A stretch of 63,106 nucleotides of DNA, counting the filler, from Phoronis australis (Eukaryota; Animalia; Phoronida): NCBI GenBank assembly GCA_002633005.1. It is 5 parts of 5 records of this genome, joined end to end, with 100 filler letters (N's around TTAATTAATTAA, not from the genome) between each part and the next. Parts side by side here need not be neighbours in the genome. Positions count along the whole stretch, not along the records: positions 13,717 to 25,517 come from NMRA01001262.1; positions 25,618 to 34,568 come from NMRA01001859.1; 3 more parts are not named here. The stretch is one strand, 5' to 3'. The position numbers were made by a program, and so were the translations under genes. The notes under the pieces were generated by a model that saw only the letters and a list, made by a program, of their open reading frames with translations, was not told where the DNA came from and did no database searches. Below are positions 14,866-27,186 of the stretch, in pieces; positions within the stretch are counted from its first letter, which is position 1, and each line of letters starts with the position of its first letter.

Positions 14866-15716
14866 ATATGGTTAAGTGGACCTCCGGCATACCACGGACA
14901 GAGGANAAGCCACTACTGGACATGGTTAAGTGGACCTCCGGCATACCACGGACAGAGGAACAACTGTCCCACTTGCCAGAATTTCCCTTGACACACTCCC
15001 ACTAGATGGTGACCTGAGCACCCAAACTGCTTACATCGTGTCGTGTGACTCCCTCGCCACACACTTGGCACCTTCTAAATAGCTCCAACACTTAAGACAA
15101 GTCCACAATAAACTTATCAAAGTTTGGCTCACCGATCTGTTCACTGGACGACAAACTGTCCTCTTCACTGGGTGTCGAACTGAGCCTGTAATCACTCCCA
15201 CTACTCAATATCGCTGCAGGGCTGCTTAGAGGCTCTGGGATGGAGAAAACAGCACAGAGCGAATCACTACTGGTTCCAGGAATTGCACGCTCTGGGGGTA
15301 CGTTCGGAGGCACGGGTGACAGTAGATGAAGTGCCTCCACTGGCTCCAGTCACTGTACTGACCACAGCTCGCGAGGTTTCTCGCTTCAAATATACACTTC
15401 TCGAGGGTGGCGACGGGGCACTGCCGGGAATCAACACAGACGGAATGACAACCTTCTTCAGACGTTGTTTCGCAGGGACCTTCATCAGTTCAGCGTACAA
15501 ATCCCTTTCGTAATCGGACGGCAGAAAGTGCTTGTGACACACACGGTAATTCTCCACTGCTTTGTACGTTGCGTGGACGGGTAACGCTGCGTTCTTCACA
15601 CGAACGAGCCAAGTACGGCGAAGTGTGTCATCCATCGGAAAGCGATGCAAAGGTACTCCCAAAGCACGCGTGAGCCGATAATTAGTATATCCTGGTACGC
15701 AGCAACAGTGTGGCAT
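14860..15716 (-). pseudogene. THAP-domain transposase N-terminal remnant (Kolobok type)
   Basis: MPHCCCVPGY..LHRFP..W..RVCHKHF..VIPS (THAP, one Cys replaced by Tyr). After a frameshift near 15340-15360: KFIVDLS*VLELFRRCQVC..GAQVTI*WEC..GKWDSC..RGMPE, with stops at 15092 and 15002. No DDE core. Confidence 0.8.
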
Positions 15717-18706
15717 ATTGACTGACTTATAAATGAACTTAAAGCAAACGACGACGGAACTTAACACAACTGAGGTAGAACAATGACTGACTCGGCAGCT
15801 CTCACAGTCAGACTATATGAAAAGAAATTGGCGCGAAATGCTTGCCTCCTAAAACGTCACTTCCGGAAGAGCGGACGAGTAATTAATAAAATTACGAAAA
15901 GCTGTAATTAAGTGGAAAATATTTCTAGGATAACCAACCAACCTTATTTTAGCTCAAANGTATCGGACGAGTAATTAATAAAATTACGAAAAGCTGTAAT
16001 TAAGTGGAAAATATGTCTAGGATAACCAACCAACCAACCTTATTTTAGCTCAAAATGACATGGAAAAAGGTTGCCTTCGCCTTTAAGCAGTCCTTGAAGG
16101 GGGCCATTGGTGACATTTAAGTGACCACCTTTTTCGTGTTTTTATTGACAAATTATAAAGGGCCGCTCACGCAGAGAGGGCCCAATGTTGGAATTCAGTG
16201 ATTACTTCTATTTTCCTGTTTTTGTGAAATCGCACAAGCGGCTTTCATATTGAGGAGTGTCATTTCTTGCTGGGTTACACGACGTGTGAAAGAATCAACT
16301 GTCACTCTTTCCCAAGCTTAATGATTTTTAGTCTATCATACCACTTTAGACGGGATCCTCTCTCGGTGGGGCGGTTCGTGAGAATTGACCGTTTGGTCAA
16401 TGGCCAGCGCACCATAGGGCACTGGGGGGAGGGCTATAGCCCCACTTTTTTTCAGTGCTACNTCGTGAGAATTGACCGTTTGGTCAATGGGCAGCGCACC
16501 ATAGGGCGCTGGGGGGAGGGCTATAGCCCCACTTTTTTTCAGTGCTACGCTGCATATGGTCTATAGGCGGTGCACTACGGGGGAAGCTGAGGGGGTTTTA
16601 GCCCCCACTTTTTTCAGTGCTGTGCCCTGTGCCTCTATACACCTCCGACATGTCTTTGCCAACTACTCACGAGTGGAAGTTGAGATTCCAAATTCATCAA
16701 AAACACAAAACATTAGTGCACAGCACAGAAGTTACTTTGTAAGAAATGACGATGCGTCACTGAACTTAGTTGAAGACTGACTTGGGAAAATTCTACCAAT
16801 CATCAGACCACCATGTCGCAATGAAGTACAATAACGATGACAGTGATAAGTTCATGAATGTCGAACAGCTCTAAATGCTTTATTGAATCAAAAACTAGAC
16901 TAGTGAAATTTAAAAAATTGTAAACCGTAGATCGAAAAATAAGTTCAAGTCATTGTTCATAAATTTGTAAAGATTGTCTTTGCATTTCCTTGTCACAGTA
17001 GTATTGTGCAATGAATTTTAGTGGCTCTTCTAAACCGAATCGTTTGCTTGCCATTCCCGTGCATACTGCACAGGCTGGGCACGTCATGACTAAGTTACGT
17101 ACCCACGTTAAAAATAAGGTGTAGTCATGCATTAGACCGGCGTAGAATCCGCGGCCAGTGATTGACGAGAAATGAACTTAAAGTGCAGGCGTTGAAGTGT
17201 GTACATTTTTGAGACACACGTTCATTTTCCCCAGCCGCCCGGCAGAAGCTGGACAAGTGGCCGTGTTTCAGCAAGGAATTTTGATGAGCTCTATAGGCCA
17301 AGGACTTCGGGGACCATACCTTTCAAAAAATCTTCAGGGAATGACCCTATTAAAATGAACTTTTCCCGAAACCGTTGGGGATCAAAAAACGATCTTTGGA
17401 GCCAGAACACGGGCATAGGTTCGAGCTAAGCCGCACGTCCCAAATGAATCGTAGCGGAGCTGACCAGCGACTAGCATTAGTTCATCGAATTGCACGTGCA
17501 TGGATCAGACTTCCCGGGGACCGCCACGACACCGGCCACCGTGGCTTAGGGCTAACGCTACTGAATTTCTGCTTTTAAATCTGGATTTAAGCAAAATGAC
17601 AAAGTCCACGCATACACACACGCAAGCGTATCCAAATACAATTAAATGTATTTTCATGTGAAACCATACTCAATGTTCTTTGAACATTGACTTGGGTGAG
17701 TTCTTAGTTTTCTTGGAATCATACTAGGATATACCCGATCAAGTAGACTACTGCGTTTCAAGTCATACACTATAGGCACCTGACGTTTCAAATTGGAAGC
17801 TCGCGCCGTATGACGTCGTATGACGTAGCGATGCGAGCCTCATTTGCATATGTTAGTGACATCTGTTGGTTCAAAAAAGAGGCTCATGCCCGAGTACATG
17901 CCTGGGAAGAAGCATCTTTTGGAAGGGTAAACATGTCACGTTCAAAGCATCCCAGTGCCAGTAATATGCAGTCTTTGAGGACCAAAGTGGTGTCATTTTA
18001 TAGCTAAAGAGTTAATCTTTCAAAAATAATGCTTGGATTCCAGATAACTTGAACATTTACTTTTGAAATCACGTTTGAAATCACGTTAAAATGCGCTAAA
18101 ACAGTTGTCCCTTCCTGGTTATCTCTTCCTGATAACATTCATGAAGGACATGGCAACCACATCTTTGCAATACAGTGCTCTTGATTAATGGTAACTTTTG
18201 TCAATCTTCCCAACTCTTGTGTTAGTTGGAACGAATTTACTAAACGGTAGCAAATATGGCATTTACAGTATTTAATGAAAGTATGTTTCCAGCACGCCTG
18301 TGACACACACAACGAAAATAATATCTTGTTACTTACACAAATTCGATTGATTATATCTCGCCTTAAAGTTCAACAAGATCTGACCACTCTTTTATTGCTC
18401 CAGATCAAGCTTATGTTCCCGTACAAGAGTTTTAGACTCCGAAATAGGGTAAAGTGGTTTTCAGGCATTTTAATGTAAGATTTTGAATTCGAAAAGCAAA
18501 TATAAGTGTGAAGATAATGTTTGGCAAAGAAAAAATGGTTTTAGTAACCTTTGAATTTTCGCTCTGAGGGTGCTTAAAAGCAGCTTGTGCTTCCGAGAGG
18601 ACACTTCGTGAAATATGTAACCAAAAATCAAAAAGGTATCCATCCCTAGCTCACAGTAATGTCTACACATGTTATGGTCAAAATTAGTTTAGGATTAGTT
18701 GGTGAG

Positions 18707-18823
18707 TTATCTATAGCGTCCAAGTAGAGCTTTTTCCAAACCCATGATGGGCGCCTCAAACAACAGCGAAGTAGCAAACGCCACGAGATAAGATGCCACC
18801 GTGAAGCCAAGGAAGTACAGAAT
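18707..18823 (-). CDS. nrf-6: NRF-6/O-acyltransferase-like terminal exon
   Basis: ttgcag|ATTCTGTAC...; ILYFLGFTVASYLVAFATSLLFEAPIMGLEKALLGRYR*, the typical SL.FE.P..LEK end. AATAAA on the - strand at 18391-18396. Confidence 0.85.
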   Translation of the reverse strand: MLYFLGFTVASYLVAFATSLLFEAPIMGLEKALLGRYR

Positions 18824-20329
18824 CTGCAAATAAAAAAGAGAATTAGTCATCAGAGTTTAGCAAAATGATGTAACGTTTCGCACAAATATAATGCTCTCTA
18901 GGGTTTCCTGGGCTTAACTTTTACCAATGTACATGTATATTGTATTCCTGTAATATACAATAAAATAAAAGAATAAAAAGTACGCTTGAGTAGGACCCTC
19001 GAAAAATGGCCAATATGGAAAATTTGGAACATGGTGTCTCAGGATATGGTCCACAGGATTCATATGAGACTGTCAGGCAATATGCTTTGTGCACTGTTCT
19101 ACAAATCCTGTGAGGAATTGCTTTTTAAATTTCCACTTTGACATGAAGGCTATTGAAAATGATTTTAAAGACGTTTATGAAAAAAGATATCAAAAGTGGC
19201 ATCAAGTGAAACAAAATTTTGAACGCTGTAACAGCATTTTTGATATTTCTTCTCGAACATTCAAATTGAACGAAATTTGGTAATGTTATTGAGGCCGCTG
19301 TTTAGCTATGAATGTACCTTTTGGTTTTACAATGTTTTAGTAACCGTGACCCTAGTAATAGCAAGTTTGCATAAAGTCAAAAATCAAGTTTTACAGACTT
19401 TCTGCTTTCATAACATATATGCTTTTATTGACGTAAAATCTATAGTTTTGAAAAATACTTGGCTAAATAACTAAACCGCAGGTCGATAAACGTTTTAGAT
19501 TAAGCTAGGGGATTGTAAGAACTATTTTATCCACCTCACGCAAAAAGACAAAGCTCTGCCAACCTTTTTTCAATCCTTAAAGGTTTGGAGCAATTTCTAA
19601 AAACGTCATCTAGTTGGTAAACGAACACATCTAACCAACGCCCTAGGCGACTTGCAAGGCAATTTGTAAGGAAAAAACACCTATAAACAATCCTACTATA
19701 TCCTATCAGTGGCACGGTAATTAAGTGTGTTCTTTCTGTACAAGACTGTTCCAGCTCTAATATCTCAATTGAGATTCCAGTGATGCATTAGGCTGAATGA
19801 GCATTGATTGATCACCTCGATAGTCTTCATTATTTTTTCAAAAAAGGCTGATGAAAAGCTTCGTAGTGTTTTGCAAGTGGCCCCGTGACGTCATCACCGT
19901 GTACTGTTCAAATGCCAGTCACTAAAGAGATTGCACGGTTGAGCCTGAATCATGGGACACACATTGCTGTTTCTTTTCATCAAATAAGACATCTCGCCGC
20001 AAGTGTCTCGCGAGTGACAGCACCACGAGATATTCCACGACTCCCAAAGCTCATCTACTCGTCAAACATACTGTATCGGTCGAGCACGTCATCAATTTTG
20101 CAAATATACATACCTTTCCCCCACATGCTGCCGTGTTATTGGTGAAAAAAGGTCATAATTTAATCAGTTATACGTTAGTCCTCCATATACATGTAGATTA
20201 GTTCCTATATTAAATCAAGTCTTGCCATTTTGAAGCTGGTGAGTCAAAAAGACACGCCCCACTACAAATGGAGTCGATTTTTCTGCCATCTATTGTTTTG
20301 GCAAAGAAACAGCCAGCGTATTTACTTAC

Positions 20330-20472
20330 AATATTATTCACTGTGAGCATGATCACCTCCTCCTGCGTGTAGTAGAACCAGGTCATGACACAAGGGTGAA
20401 CGAGGTAGGCGCAATACGTCAAGCGGCTGAGCGGACCCATGACAGACCAGGACAGGAGCTCGTTTATGTACC
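20330..20472 (-). CDS. nrf-6: NRF-6/O-acyltransferase-like (Acyl_transf_3) penultimate exon
   Basis: ttttaag|GGTACATA...AATATT|gtaagt; GYINELLSWSVMGPLSRLTYCAYLVHP, the typical NRF-6/OACYL motif LSW..PLSRLTY.AYL.HP. Confidence 0.85.
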
Positions 20473-21001
20473 CTTAAAAGTAAAATAACATTTACTAATA
20501 CAGGTACATACTATGCAGCGACAAGAGCCATAAATAAGCCTACATTATGCACGTAAGTGCTGTAATCACGAGCATGTTCTCAATGCTTCTTGCCGGCTGC
20601 AGACTATCGCCAGAAACTCAATCTGACATTTGAATTCGACCAACACCAATTTTGTACTCTCCCCGTTGTAGGAGTATATTTTGAAAACCGTTCAGAAATC
20701 AATTAGTATAGAGGTTGTGCCCACTGAGGCTGGGGTGAACCTAAATCGTTCGAGGAAAATTCTTTCAACAACTTAAAACCGCTGCCGATGGAAAGTGTGG
20801 CTCGTGCGAACGCACCTCCCATCGAGAATGCTTCACTCATGGTGCTCAAAGAGGCGGGTCTTTGATGAACATAAAGTCGTGTCTGTCAAAATGAATTTAA
20901 GTATGCAAATAAAGGGTAGCCTCTGTAAGGTTGCAAAGTATTTATTCCACATTAAATCAAAGATACAAATGTTTGCCAATACAATTAAGTCCATGTCTTG
21001 T

Positions 21002-21705
21002 TTAATGGTTGCCAGCGATTCGAATGAATGGTTGCATAGAGCCGTCTTTGATCTTTGACTTGTTTCCGTGGTTATTCGCGTTTAAACCAACACTTGTCCG
21101 CGACCGTGACTCTTCCCTCACAACCGACAGCACAGGGACAAGAGAACTTGGCTTTATTCTGGAAAACCTGTTCAAGTCGGGAACGTCGTTTACAACTGGT
21201 AACTCGTTTCCTGTCTCTTCATTTTTCTTGGCCAAAGATGGGTTGGACAACAGTTCTTCTGTGAATTCTTCGTTTTCGTCTGCCGTGAGATTTAATTCAT
21301 TTGGGTCGTCGTCAGCCTGTTTAGATTTTGAAGTCTTGTTTACAATTAGGGCTATTTTTGATTCGGTGCTCTTCCTGGAAGGTAACGGCTCGTGAGGCAT
21401 TTTTCTCCGTTTATAGCCAGATTTGTCTAGCTTGGCAGATTCACGTCTCGATCTCGATCTTGAAATTTCAGCGTTGCCAGATTGGTTCCGCTCAATCTCA
21501 AAGTTATCATTTGTTTTAGGCAACGTCTTCCTCGATTTTAACCCGTGCCTAGCATTTCTACCTCGTTTTGCGCGATGGCGGTTCCCACTTGGTAACAATT
21601 CTTCTTCGTCGGGCGCCTTTTGTTTGTCCCATTGCTTGTTATAACCCCAGTCTTCGTCATATAGCTCGAAACATTCTTGAACATCGGGGACCTGACCATC
21701 GTCAA
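21002..21705 (-). CDS. PRPH2: Peripherin-2-like terminal exon (long low-complexity cytoplasmic tail)
   Basis: atttcag|TTGACGATG phase 1, open to TAA at 21002; AATAAA on the - strand at 20941-20946. Confidence 0.75.
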
Positions 21706-24563
21706 CTGAAATGATATTCGAGTCGCGATGTTACCTTCAAACCATTTAAAATATCATGTGCCTGTGCGGTTTTACATAAAGGACAGCATGCCTACTGCGG
21801 GTCATCCACTCAACTAAGCAAACCAAGCCTCAAACTTAGCGCCCCGATTATATCATCTAGAGGTTACTGCTGCAATCAAAGTGCATGTGCACTGTGTTGC
21901 TTCCTAACAAAAGTTTGAGAAAAAATTCGAGGCGACTAGGAGATGGTAATTTTGTGGGGCTAGGTTTGGAATTAGTGTTGGGGCGACAGAGGAGGAAAGT
22001 TTCATAAATCTACCGCTTTTTTGAAGTTGTGAAAAATTAGTTGTCAATTGTAGCACCGTTTTATTTCCATTACTAAGCCACTTTATGGCTTTGATAGAAA
22101 TGGAGAGTGAACTCGACGTTTAATTCTCAATATTACTGGCAAATATGTAGACGTCTTCCCATGCAACTCCCCTCTAATAAGGACTATTTTCCCGTCTTAT
22201 AAGAAAATGCCATTGGTCAAAGAGGAGCACATAATCAAGAAAAAAGCACAGAAAAATGCACCTGTGATTAAAGAATCACACGAATTCACAAAAGATTTAG
22301 GGAACTTATTTCAGTCCCTATTAAGGACTGTTTCATGCAACCGGACACAGGGCTCCAAATATCATAGAGGCAACGAGCACCAAAAATCTTAACCCAGCAC
22401 CGCTAATGAGGAGATTTCCTGTGTGCGCGTTGATATCAACTGCACGTACCTCCGAGCAGCCAACCAAATGTGGCCATATTGTTGGGCAGATTATAGCGGT
22501 GCAAAGTCTCCAGTGAGGTTTGCAGAAGACGACTGACGATCAGTGATACCATCTACAAAACAAAAAGCTATATTGGTCGAGTCTTGGAAATTAAGATGGA
22601 AGGAAAAGTATATAAAAGAGAAACCATTTTCAGTTTTTTTCTGCTCACTCATACCAAACGTTGTCACAGGTTGGATGTCATAAATGTACATGTACGCTGT
22701 CTCGCCTTGGCTGTACATGTACAACGACACTACTTCAATAAATTCAGTAATTTACAGAATACATGTATACTTGTCAACGTCAAAATTAGTCATAGATTTG
22801 ACGTAAAATATTGCCGCTAAATATCTATTTTTTCCACCAGCCTCGTTTCCAATTCTGGTTAAATCCCCACAAAATCTCCACAGGTGTTGTCTTACGCACT
22901 TCGTCGAAGTGGAGACAATTTACATGTACATTACATGCAGACATGCCAACCAATATAGGGATTTCCTTATTGCTACAACTGTACGTATTTTTCCGTTTCT
23001 GTAGTGCTACGGCGCAGCGCCAAAATGGTACGTAAATTTTGTTATTAATGCGTATGTTTGTCGATGTTCATAATAAAGGTTCAAACCTTAGCTCTTGGCG
23101 TTTACTGGCAATCTATTATGTCGAAATAATCTCATATCACGAACCTTGCCCGACAGGGCCAAAGGAGTAGAACAACATTCGCAGTTATTAGATGTAAGAG
23201 CCTCTAATACGTTAGTACAATGTAGGTAAATGTATTGTATTTTAACACTTGACCATGGTTTGACTTGTTTTCGTCAGTGCTATAGTTCGCTATATATTTT
23301 TTACAAATATGCAATGGTTAGAGCACAACATGGTTGACATGTATGTATATGTGCTTTGAAAAAGAACTAGAGGCTGGCCGCAATTACGTTATGAAGAATG
23401 ATGAATTCATTTCTACAAAACGCCTACGACAATTCTTCGCAAATCTCCCAATTAATTCTTGAAAGATGTTCGTCATAGTTTGCAGGAGACTGATGGCCTT
23501 TCGTCGAAATCTGGTGAGTATATTTTGAAACTACTCTATCAGAACACAAAGAGGGCAGCTTGTGATACCGATCAACAAACATTTATATTAAAACATTTGT
23601 TCCAAATAACTACACTATACGGGTGTGGTTTCTTAGTATAATGCATTACTAATTGTTAATTTCGATATTCACACACTTGTGAATTTGGAAAAGGTGACAA
23701 AACGAAACTAATATGGTTATGATAATAAATCCTGCGTCAGCCTATTAGTAAAGGCTTTAAGGACTGCGTCACTAAATATTTGGTACAGAAACAGCCCAGA
23801 TTACCTCAATATGTTTAGTGAGAGTACGTAGCGCCCTCCCTCTCCTGCAGTCGTGGGCACAAATAAAAACCACCGGTGGCATTTCCACCAATTTAAGGAC
23901 ATAAATGCAAGTGATTATTTTTTCCTTCGACAATTGTGGTTGGGCAACTTCATTGGGAAATCCTAAAGACGAATCCGCAAGTGCGATAGATCATAAGAAA
24001 AGTGGTCAATGTCTCCTTCTTGTTCCTCGGTCTGTACAGTACTAAAAATCGTTTACCTCCAACAAAATGACTCGGTACACTAATATCAACGCACCCAATT
24101 AGTTTTATGGAAATTTGATACAAAGCCGTGTATGAAGAAAAGTTAAGCTACACAGCGAGTGAGTCTTCCGTTTGAGTAACACATTGGTACTAAAGCGGAA
24201 CCACCAAATTTAACTGCAAACTGCTTCACCAGACGTTAATGAGCCAACTAGAGCAGGAATCAGCATCCCTTTACTAATAACCGTTGAAGTAATCGTCTTT
24301 ATCACCCAGTTTCATATGCGTTTACCTGAAGGGACAGAAGAATCATGTTAATTCCGCCAACAAAAAATGCTAGGTTGAAGCTAAAGAACATTGAGAGCGA
24401 TTCTTTACACCCAAGTTCGTGTAGAGTTGTAGCCCGTCGATAATCATAAGCAGAGTGACGCTTGTTGTCATGCACTTGGTCATGGATACAGGGTCTTGAC
24501 CTCATGGGGTCGCAGCAACTGAACGGTACGCTGTCTCTCTTAGTAGCGTTCTGTGTTTCGTTC
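21002..24563 (-). CDS. PRPH2: Peripherin-2/ROM1-like tetraspanin, last three exons (5'-partial)
   Basis: Exons 24563-24326 (DSVPFSCCDPMRSRPCIHDQVHDNKRHSAYDY...GCKESL), 22552-22450 (MVSLIVSRLLQTSLE...FGWLLG) and 21705-21002 (acidic then basic tail, TAA). They match PRPH2 motifs DGVPFSCC..SPRPC, LQTSL and GWLL. Splice sites and phases (0,1) are consistent. Confidence 0.85.
22450..22552 (-). CDS. PRPH2: Peripherin-2-like exon (end of TM4, LQTSL..GWLL)
   Basis: ttttgtag|ATGGTATCA...CTCGGAG|gtacgt on the - strand. Confidence 0.85.
24326..24563 (-). CDS. PRPH2: Peripherin-2-like exon (EC2 C-half + start of TM4)
   Basis: ttgtag|GAACGAAAC...CTTCAG|gtaaac on the - strand; within ORF 24302..24613. 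Confidence 0.87.
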
Positions 24564-25902
24564 CTACAAATGTTCAAATCGAACCTTAAACCACACATGC
24601 CAATTTGAAGCAAAAAGATAAACTTATCAAATGAACAGTAGCGACGTTATACGAGTCACCTGGAACTACGGCATTTGAATTTTACGCCTAGCGGTTACCC
24701 CGTAAGCTAAATGCAGTTATTTGGCACATAAGTTAACATTCGGTTCATGACCCAAAATATGGAAGCATATGACGATTTGATTCATCACTATTACAGAACG
24801 GCAAAAGGAAGCGAAATTTAACCGGGTACCTCCGTTAATTGTTCCATGGATGCCTACGGGAATTGGATTGTGTTGATATTAGTATATTCAAGAAGTTTTT
24901 TTTCCCATATTGGAAATTGTTTTCGATTTATGTCCATTCGTCAGAATCTGTGAAAATTCCTGTGGCTCTCAATGCTGTTTGAGCCGGGTATTGCTAACGG
25001 ATTGCAAATTACACGTACAGCACACATCACACATCACGAATTTTTGGCCGACCGGTCGGAAATTGGTCGACGACCGGCCGTCGACCGGTCGTCTTGCCGA
25101 CCACCAGCCGACCAACAACGGTCGGCTAGGAGCCGTCTGCTTAGTCGCCTCTGTGGTCGGCACTTGGGTCGGCTAATTGGTCGCCTAGCGTAGACGACCA
25201 TTTCGGATTAATCGTGTCCTAGGTCGGCAATTAGCATTTTATGACTTAGCGGGTGAACTTTGGACAAACAAATATTTAACAGTTCGCTGTTCGTTTACCA
25301 GTGGTAACTCCGGTCTTGACATCGGTTTATCAAATTTTGTTCAACTATTAAATGGAGGTAAAATCGAATCAACCTACAAATACGAAGTGCGTGGCATTAC
25401 ACAAGCCGAATACCTTATGTTGAATTAATGACGGCGTGGTAAAATCAAACGTTAAGTGATATAGCGGAAAAATAATTTCTAACTTTAGATATCAGACTTT
25501 TTATGCAGTGCATTATGNNNNNNNNNNNNNNNNNNNNNNNNNNNNNNNNNNNNNNNNNNNNTTAATTAATTAANNNNNNNNNNNNNNNNNNNNNNNNNNN
25601 NNNNNNNNNNNNNNNNNTAGCGACTCCACTGTTGCCTGAAACTACTACGTTTTTGGGAGTTTTCTACGTTGAATTCTCAATGATTGAAAATAAGTAGGGA
25701 TCTTTTCATGCAATGCACCTAATTTAAGGACTAAGTCCCTAAATGTTTTGACTGAATTAAGAGCTCAGTTTTCAGTTATATTATTATAAAACATCATAAG
25801 TCAAAAGAGGAGTTCATAATAAAGATAAAATGATAGAAAAATATAAAAACTGTAAGCAAAGAACAAAAAAATGTCTAAAAGATTTACCAACTCAGTGGAG
25901 TA

Positions 25903-26061
25903 CAGGCAGATCCAGGGTGGCGGGTCAAAGGGGTCTGGACCCCCCATTTTTCTTGATTGTATTGATATCAATGCTAGAATTTTCAAATTGTTGACTTGGG
26001 CCACCTTTCTTAAAAAATCATTATCCGACCCCCCCTTTAAAAAATCCCGGATATGACCCTG
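25903..26061. mobile_element. Short hAT-like MITE
   Basis: CAGGCAGATCCAGGG ... CCCGGATATGACCCTG termini with subterminal GACCCCCC motifs; TSD not recognisable. Confidence 0.5.
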
Positions 26062-26538
26062 TTGGGTCGACATTTGGGACAGTTTCATGTAAATGGGCAC
26101 AGACACAACTGCTTGAATCTAGAACGTGTTTAAGATAAGAATTTTCGAAAGAAAGATCTACTAATTTCTCCATTTTATTTTAAAACACAGTTTGTGTGTT
26201 AAAAGCTTACATAATTAATTGTTAATTAATTGATATTAACACCTGGAATATTGGGGGAAGAAAGCTATCTCTGCCCCCAACCTTTCAATTGGTTGAGGGG
26301 CACCCCCCACTCCTATCTCTTCTTCAGCAGATCCATTTGATGTTTATTACATTCCTGACCCCCCTGGACAAAATCCTACAGGTTCGGTACCTGCACANNN
26401 NNNNNNNNNNNNNNNNNNNNNNNNNNNNNNNNNNNNNNNNNNNNNNNNNNNNNNNNNNNNNNNNNNNNNNNNNNNNNNNNNNNNNNNNNNNNNNNNNNNN
26501 NNNNNNNNNNNNNNNNNNNNNNNNNNNNNNNNNNNNNN

Positions 26539-27186
26539 CTCGCTGGTTCCCTGCGTGCTTAGCCCAGCCAGCACGCAGGTATCACCTAGTGGCACGCGCT
26601 TTAGCATTGGTCGATGTAATCTTAGTAGTCATTGGTTAGCTTTACAACACCTTGAAAAAATGGCGAACTGTGAACGATTTTTAGCCTTGTCATGCAAGTG
26701 GCGTCGCAGCAACTATTTCGTTTCTGCAGTGATGTTTAATAGCCGCGTGCTTGAAACACATACATGCACAATAAACACACATTATGTGCTGATTTTGACC
26801 GGTGTGTTATTCATAGTGTATAAGGACATTATCGTAAACAAAAGTCATTGACAGTAGAAAGATGCATTCCGAAAAGGCTCAGTCACAATTTCTAGGCTTC
26901 ACATTTCCTGAACATAAATTTTAAGCACCGATTTGTCTGTACAACAGACCACATTTACACTTGAGTCCATCAGCCATGCCAGTTTGTTTGCGCAAAGCGC
27001 TGCCTGTTGACGAATCGACTAGCCAATCAGAAACGCCGGTGTAAAAAAATTTACAGAGGAAATTTAAGTGATACCTGCGTGCTGGCGCGGCTACCGCCCC
27101 ACCTAGCGGCACGCAGGGAACCAGCGAGTGGCTTAGCCCAGCCAGCTACCGCCCCACCTAGCGGCACGCAGGGAACCAGCGAGAGT
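26539..27186. mobile_element. MITE-like element with inverted CTCGCTGGTTCCCTGCGTGC ends
   Basis: 26539 CTCGCTGGTTCCCTGCGTGC is inverted at ~27108-27127 and ~27164-27183. The same end recurs at ~29375-29405, and the interior (~26850-27045) recurs diverged at ~28595-28805. Confidence 0.55.

Larger units (their letters stand above)
14242..16082. mobile_element. Internally deleted Kolobok-type DNA transposon
   Basis: TTAA on both sides (14238-14241, 16083-16086); termini AGGCGAAGGCAACCTTTTTCCA...TGGAAAAAGGTTGCCTTCGCCT; TIRs about 155 bp; convergent THAP-transposase and Cys-rich ORF remnants inside. Confidence 0.88.

Noticed and set aside
14853-14959. Exact ~53-bp duplication KPLLDMVKWTSGIPRTE around a single N
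   Set aside because: Unmerged contig overlap artefact; the same pattern is seen at N15959 and N16462
15865-16055. Apparent double right TIR (could mimic a composite long-terminal-repeat Kolobok)
   Set aside because: The duplication is centred on a single N at 15959, so it is most likely an assembly overlap
16375-16550. Tandem repeat ORF VRIDRLVNGQRTIG x2
   Set aside because: Overlap artefact at N16462 within a MITE-like GC-rich end
21009-21644. + strand Ser/Phe-rich ORFs
   Set aside because: Antisense shadows of the Lys/Glu-rich tetraspanin tail exon
25040-25230. CCGACC/GGTCGG-rich palindromic cluster with overlapping ORFs
   Set aside because: Looks like a subterminal-repeat fragment of a non-autonomous DNA transposon; ends and TSD not definable, ORFs spurious
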